Shown here one piece after another: positions 59,313-64,000 of a stretch of 64,000 nt of DNA. The DNA comes from an uncultured delta proteobacterium. GTDB lineage: Bacteria; Myxococcota_A; Polyangia; Fen-1088. The stretch covers positions 2,192,761-2,256,760 of the forward strand of contig CAVYGB010000002.1 of the NCBI GenBank assembly GCA_963767925.1. Direction: 5' to 3'. Within the stretch, counting starts at the first letter, position 1. Each line of letters starts with the position of its first letter. The position numbers and the translations under genes were made by a program. Below the pieces are notes generated by a model. That model did no database searches and was not told the origin of the DNA. It saw nothing but the letters and a program-made list of their open reading frames with translations.

Positions 59313-59916
59313 TGGGCCTCCCGGTGTCGTCAGCGCCACCACTCTCGCGGAGCAGGCGCAGGTAGAAATCCCGACGATAGAGGGGCTCCTTGGTCGTCGG
59401 GTCTTTCGTCCAGCCTCCTCCGGTGAACAGCACGTTGGGCGTCGCATGGCGACGCAGCTCCTCCGACTGCTGCACGCGCGCCATCCAGCCGGAGCGCCCC
59501 GACGCCTCCTTGCCCTCGAGCACGGACACCCTGCAAACGAGATCCCGGCACTCGACAAAATGGGCGGCCGCTCCGCCATCGGCGGCAAGGACCCGGGCAA
59601 GAACGCCTGTCATGCTGGCAACAGCGGTCTCGTTCGGTGTCCCGAGCGAGAACAGCCGGTTGGCGGGCAGGAGCTGGCGCAGCTCCCGAGCGGCCTCGTC
59701 AACCGACGCCGCAACCTTGCCCAGGCGTCTCGAACAGTCATCGCCGGACCCGCCAGACGTCGACCGGGAATCGGAGCGACCCCGCGCCAGGTCGCTCTCT
59801 CGACCACGGCCAGCATCCTGAAGCGACGAACCGGTATCCCGATAGATGTGCCGATAGATCAGCGCGATATTCGCAATGAGGCTCGCGGCGAGGACGGCGA
59901 CGGCGAAGCGCTTCAT
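59302..59916 (-). CDS. Membrane-anchored hypothetical protein (ECRxxxC domain)
   Basis: LAASLIANIALI TM, RLFSLGTPN, VECRDLVC, GW. Confidence 0.75.
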   Translation of the reverse strand: MKRFAVAVLAASLIANIALIYRHIYRDTGSSLQDAGRGRESDLARGRSDSRSTSGGSGDDCSRRLGKVAASVDEAARELRQLLPANRLFSLGTPNETAVASMTGVLARVLAADGGAAAHFVECRDLVCRVSVLEGKEASGRSGWMARVQQSEELRRHATPNVLFTGGGWTKDPTTKEPLYRRDFYLRLLRESGGADDTGRPNVR

Positions 59917-60094
59917 GCCAGTGACGTGTCTACCCCCGTCCAACTCCAGTCAGCAAGAGCTCACTTCGCGCCCCGGCTCAGGGCGATCCCCTGGCAGGAA
60001 AATCCCGTCGTGACATACCCCCTTCCGCGATCGAAGCTGATTGTACGGTCTCTGTCGGGTTCGTCTCGCGCCGACCGCAAAGAAGGAGCCTCAC

Positions 60095-60301
60095 ATGTAC
60101 AAGCCGCTCTTGCTTCCAGCTGTCATCCTCGGCGCCGCATTGGGAGCCAGCTACCAGTTGCCTCGCGCCGAGGCGGGCCCGTGCTCCATAAACACCGTGG
60201 ATGTGGACGGGTATTGTCTGTGCGTCACGCCCGGTTCCAGCTATGAATCGTGTGAACACCGCGCCGGCACCTGCAAGACCTCGGGCTTCTGCCAGTGCTG
60301 A
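60095..60301 (+). CDS. Small secreted Cys-rich peptide (7 Cys, C-terminal Cys)
   Basis: AAGGAG RBS; signal peptide ending AEA; mature GPCSINTVDVDGYCLCVTPGSSYESCEHRAGTCKTSGFCQC. Confidence 0.8.
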   Translation: MYKPLLLPAVILGAALGASYQLPRAEAGPCSINTVDVDGYCLCVTPGSSYESCEHRAGTCKTSGFCQC

Positions 60302-60323
60302 GCTCGAAGAGCGTCCAGCGGCC

Positions 60324-60956
60324 GTGAAAGCGCTGGCGACGAAGTGGTCGCTCACCCCGCTCCTGCGCTCCCGGCCGGTCCAGATCGCCCTGTGTCTTCT
60401 GGTCTGTGCCGGGGGCGCGGCGTTCGCCATCCAGTGGGCCGAACGGGCTCCACGTATCCAGACCGATCCCAGGGCGTCAGACTACGACCCGGTCGCAGTT
60501 CACCAGGCGCTGAGCGGGGGTCCTGACGGACTCGCGGACATTCATGGCCGGGAGCCACGTCACGCTGAATGGGGGCCAGCCATGGAATCCGCCCTTGCGC
60601 GGATCCTCGGGAGCGAGCTGGCAGCCAGAGCTCGATACTCGTCCGTCTCGGCTCTCGAGTGTCGAACCTTGACCTGCACGTTCGTCCTGAGCACGCCCGA
60701 GGGGCGCCCGGCCGCGGAGAGCTCGACGGCCATGATAGCGGTCCAGCTACCGGCCATTGCCGACACGATCGTCTTCACATCGGATCCACGGCCGGTTGCG
60801 ACCCGGGTCTACCTCGCCTTTCGTCCAGGCGCCCGTTCGCTGCCGGTCTGGGAGCGTTCCTACCTGCTTCAGCGTTCGCGTCTTGCGGAAAAACTGCGGA
60901 AGACGGGGGTAGCCGACCTCCGGTTCTATCCGAGTGGGACCCAACCGCAACCGTAG
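60324..60956 (+). CDS. Membrane-anchored hypothetical protein with YDP..EPR..W..E..ECRxxxC motif
   Basis: TM helix; similar to 7263..7961; start uncertain. Confidence 0.72.
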   Translation: MKALATKWSLTPLLRSRPVQIALCLLVCAGGAAFAIQWAERAPRIQTDPRASDYDPVAVHQALSGGPDGLADIHGREPRHAEWGPAMESALARILGSELAARARYSSVSALECRTLTCTFVLSTPEGRPAAESSTAMIAVQLPAIADTIVFTSDPRPVATRVYLAFRPGARSLPVWERSYLLQRSRLAEKLRKTGVADLRFYPSGTQPQP

Positions 60957-60975
60957 AGCGGAGTCTCGAGTTGAC

Positions 60976-61755
60976 ATGACCGGTGTTCGCCAGCTTGTCG
61001 TTTCCCTTCTGGTGGCCGCCGGCCTGTTCGCCGGCTCCGCCTTGGTGACCGGCACCGTCATCAGACAGGGGCGGCCGTTCCCCGATCCGGCCTCTATCCG
61101 CAGCTCCGCCAGCCGTGATCGCTACCAGGTTCCAGTTGGCGACTCCTTCGTCCAGGGGGCCCGCTCTCCCACGGTCACCATCGTCATGTTCGTCGACCTG
61201 TTCTGCCGCTCCTGCGGTGAGGCAGCCATCGCCATGGAGAGGATCCTGCAGGCCTATCCCGAAGACGTCGCCCTGGTCGTCAAGCACAGCCCTCGACGAA
61301 CGACCCGGGCAACGTCGCTCGAGGGAGCGATCTTGTGCGAGATCGGAGCGCAGAGGGGGCGTTTCTGGGACGCCTACCAGTCCTTCATGCAGCACGTGAG
61401 AGCCGGGCAGGGTCCCGAGATTGCCCTGGAGGCCACGCGGACACGACTGGGGCTGTCCAGTCCTGAGCTGGAAGAGCTACGAGGTGAGCCCCGATATTCG
61501 AAGCGGATCTTCGACGACCTTCGGCTGGCGCAACGCCTGAACGCCCGGGGAACCCCATTCTTCTTCATCAACGGCCGCGCCCTGCTTGGCAACCAGCCCT
61601 ACGACGTGTTCTCCGGGATAGTCGAGGAAGAGAGGCGACTTTCCCTGAAACGTATCTCGGCCGGGGTTTCCCGATCGCAGCTGTACGCGGAGATCGTGAA
61701 CAGCGGACGCCAGACGATGGTTCTGGAGGCGTCCGCAGCAGCCCCGACGAGATAG
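60976..61755 (+). CDS. dsbA: DsbA-family thioredoxin-fold oxidoreductase
   Basis: N-terminal anchor; VTIVMFVDLFCRSC, GTPFFFING. Confidence 0.88.
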   Translation: MTGVRQLVVSLLVAAGLFAGSALVTGTVIRQGRPFPDPASIRSSASRDRYQVPVGDSFVQGARSPTVTIVMFVDLFCRSCGEAAIAMERILQAYPEDVALVVKHSPRRTTRATSLEGAILCEIGAQRGRFWDAYQSFMQHVRAGQGPEIALEATRTRLGLSSPELEELRGEPRYSKRIFDDLRLAQRLNARGTPFFFINGRALLGNQPYDVFSGIVEEERRLSLKRISAGVSRSQLYAEIVNSGRQTMVLEASAAAPTR

Positions 61756-61779
61756 GCGACCTCACGCCCTTTCGGATTC

Positions 61780-63603
61780 ATGCCGTCACCAGGTTCCGAA
61801 GCAAGCAGGTCGAGCACGGTCGCCCCGGGCCAGTGTTGTCTGGCTCCCTCCTCTCTGATCTCTCTGGTCAGTGACCGCCATTTTCTCTATCGCAAAGGCC
61901 ATGATCCCTTCCCGGTACCGGCCGAGTTGCTGGGAGCTGTTCTGGAGTACCGGACTTTCCGGCACCCGGCCGACCACGCGGCGCGCGTCGCCGCGAAGAT
62001 GGGCCTGGACGGCAAGGGCCAGGCGACGCTGAACGCGCTGCTCGAACGACTTCGGGGCGCTGGACTGCTGCTGAGCCGGGCAGACCTCCACGAAATCGGT
62101 GAAGAATCAGGCGGGGCTGGACCTCTGAAGACCGTCACGGTGATCAGCAAAGACCGCCCGGAGCTCGCCGACCGCTGCGTGCGCTCTTACGCCGCCAACG
62201 CCCTGTCAGCGGGCCGCGCACCGGAGGTCGTGCTCCTCGATGACTCGACCGACGAAGCGATCTCCCGGGAGTACCGCCGGAGGCTGGCGAAGCTCCGCGC
62301 TGATCTCGACGTGGCGGTGAGATATGCGGGAAGGGAGCGCAAGCGCCTGTTTCTGCGGGAGCTTTCGAGCACGGCCGGCGTGAGCGCCGAGACTCTGGAG
62401 ACGGCGATGCTCGGCTGTCCGGGCGTCGCGCACACGCGCGGGGCGAACACGAACTGTGCCCTGCTGGATGCGGCGGGGTCCCGGTTCCTGTGTGTTGATG
62501 ATGACTCGCTCTGCCTGCCAGCCAGGCCACCAGGGACGGAAACCGGCTTGCGGGTAAGCTCGGCTGGCGATCTCGTGCGCGCTCGACTGTATGAGGACGA
62601 GCGGCAGCTGAGAGGAGACTTCTGCGGGGTCGAGGCGGATTTCATCGGAGCCCACGAGGCACTGCTGGGGCGAACCGTCCTGGGCTGCATCGGGGAGACG
62701 GACGGAGAGCTGACCCTGGAACTGGACCATCGCGGAGAGGGCCGAATCGCGGCCAATCGCGCCCGGGTGGTGGTCAGCATGTCGTCCTTCCATGGAGACG
62801 TCGGATTGGAGTTCATGAACAACTTCTTGCTGCTCGCCATGGAGCCGCAGGCGTCGTTCCTGGAGGGACGGGACAGGTATCAGGCTGCCATGGGCGGTCG
62901 CTGGGCCTGGAAAGGCACCACGCGAACGCTCATCTCCGATCGCTGCGGCCTCCAGGGGGTTGCCATGGGCCTCTGCGCCGAACCAGGCGTCCCGCCCCTC
63001 ATGCCGTTCTTTCGCTGTGCCGACAATGTCCTGGGCGCGATGATTGGCCTTTTGCCAGAAGAACCTCAGATCGGATACACGCCCCTGTCGGTGGAACACG
63101 CCCCGGATCCCCCGCGGCCGCGGCAACCGGCGTTGGCCTGGAAGGGAGGATCGGTCTTTCGATTCTCCGATCTGGTCCTCGCTACACCGGCCGCGTGGCG
63201 CGCGCCGGTCGCGGCGACGACCCGGGAGGACGCGATCCGGACACTGGGCCGTCATTTCGTCGAGGTGAGCAGTCTGTCCCGCGCCGACGCCAGCGATCTC
63301 CTCTTTCCCTATCTCCTGGCCGCCGTGCGCGCCGAGGTCGCCGTCGTCGAGGATCTGGCCCGCCTCAGAGGAAAGGAGCCTGATTTCTGGTGGGCAGACG
63401 TGGATCGATTCATCCAGGCACGGATCGATCTCATCCAGACAGGCCGTCTGAGGTTCGCTGACGTCCCCGGCTCGCCGGAAGAGTCTCTCTCCAAGGCACT
63501 GGACCTCCTCCGCCGCTACGGCGAGGTCCTCCTCAGCTGGCCCGACATCATCGGTGCCGCTCGTCGCCTGCGCGAAGTCACGCGCCTGTCCGAGCCGATC
63601 TAG
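61780..63603 (+). CDS. GT-A-fold glycosyltransferase-like protein with possible RRE/winged-helix N-terminus
   Basis: ISKDRPELADRCVRSY, VLLDDS, GANTN..LL, FLCVDDD (DxD); N-terminal LNALLERLRGAGLL helix. Confidence 0.65.
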   Translation: MPSPGSEASRSSTVAPGQCCLAPSSLISLVSDRHFLYRKGHDPFPVPAELLGAVLEYRTFRHPADHAARVAAKMGLDGKGQATLNALLERLRGAGLLLSRADLHEIGEESGGAGPLKTVTVISKDRPELADRCVRSYAANALSAGRAPEVVLLDDSTDEAISREYRRRLAKLRADLDVAVRYAGRERKRLFLRELSSTAGVSAETLETAMLGCPGVAHTRGANTNCALLDAAGSRFLCVDDDSLCLPARPPGTETGLRVSSAGDLVRARLYEDERQLRGDFCGVEADFIGAHEALLGRTVLGCIGETDGELTLELDHRGEGRIAANRARVVVSMSSFHGDVGLEFMNNFLLLAMEPQASFLEGRDRYQAAMGGRWAWKGTTRTLISDRCGLQGVAMGLCAEPGVPPLMPFFRCADNVLGAMIGLLPEEPQIGYTPLSVEHAPDPPRPRQPALAWKGGSVFRFSDLVLATPAAWRAPVAATTREDAIRTLGRHFVEVSSLSRADASDLLFPYLLAAVRAEVAVVEDLARLRGKEPDFWWADVDRFIQARIDLIQTGRLRFADVPGSPEESLSKALDLLRRYGEVLLSWPDIIGAARRLREVTRLSEPI

Positions 63604-63842
63604 CCGGGATCGTCGGTCGCCGCATCGGTCATCAGGATGAACATCGAGACGACCTCCCGCTCCGACCCCGCCCCCGTCTTCTCGTAGATCCGCCGCCAGT
63701 ACCCCTCCACCGTCTTGACGCTGCACCCGATCTCAGCCGCCGTGGCCTTCCTGTTGCACCCCTGCAAGGCCATCCTGACGATCTCCGCCTGCCGGCCGCT
63801 GAGAGCATGGGCGGCACAAAACTTCTCCAGGCGCTTGTCCAT
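63600..63842 (-). CDS. Stand-alone LuxR-type HTH regulator
   Basis: GGAGG RBS; LSGRQAEIV..G..K..AAEIGCSVKTVEGYWRRIYEKTG. Confidence 0.88.
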   Translation of the reverse strand: MDKRLEKFCAAHALSGRQAEIVRMALQGCNRKATAAEIGCSVKTVEGYWRRIYEKTGAGSEREVVSMFILMTDAATDDPG

Positions 63843-64000
63843 CGGACCTCCCTCGGGGCCGAAACGAGAGCAACGTTAGCAGGCATCACGTGCATGGTCA
63901 AAAAAAAATGTCTCATCATCGACGCCCTCGTTTGCCGTGCCTTGAATACGCAGACGCGGTGGTCCTGGCACCTCTTATGGGTGCGATCCGCTCGGCCGTG

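Noticed and set aside
60299..60341. Selenocysteine read-through of the peptide's TGA (hairpin CCAGCG/CGCTGG shortly downstream would give an eighth Cys-equivalent)
   Set aside because: Read-through sequence looks non-coding and overlaps the next gene; a 6-bp GC stem is expected by chance; the sister peptide ends at nearly the same motif

Overview
High-GC bacterial window whose gene content (Ser/Thr-kinase-AAA-GAF-histidine-kinase fusions, ECF sigma/FecR operon, Uma2 nucleases, proline-rich lipoproteins) suggests a myxobacterium (Myxococcota; inference). No rRNA, complete tRNA or CRISPR array is seen. Ordinary genes (metallophosphoesterase, RsbU-like phosphatase, BCP peroxiredoxin, EEP, MBL hydrolase, GNAT, MpaB-like, etc.) are interleaved with four accessory blocks. 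(1, 2) Two related modules at 6.9-9.7 kb and 58.4-63.8 kb, each built on a small secreted Cys-rich peptide ending C-x3-G-x-C-x-C followed by a membrane-anchored 'ECRxxxC' protein. The second also encodes DsbA and a GT-A-type glycosyltransferase-like protein with a possible RRE-like N-terminus; this is a candidate glycocin-like system and the best novelty candidate. (3) A ~10.4 kb block (23.6-34.0 kb) bounded by a 37-bp direct repeat. It encodes a LytTR regulator, Dyp peroxidase, an unknown protein, a possible prenyltransferase-barrel protein, a pseudokinase-STAND-GAF-LytS kinase and an ECF sigma, with matching LytTR-type repeats at two promoters and a MITE inside. (4) A defence/DNA-damage island (41.2-58.4 kb): two tandem PLD-SF2 helicases (one HIT- and S24-fused, one SauUSI-like), GmrSD, PD-(D/E)xK nucleases, a PafBC-like WYL pair and an ADP-ribosylglycohydrolase. 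There are also several gene remnants, a truncated IS5-family element and REP-like palindromes. All calls come from motif recognition by eye; no database search was run.
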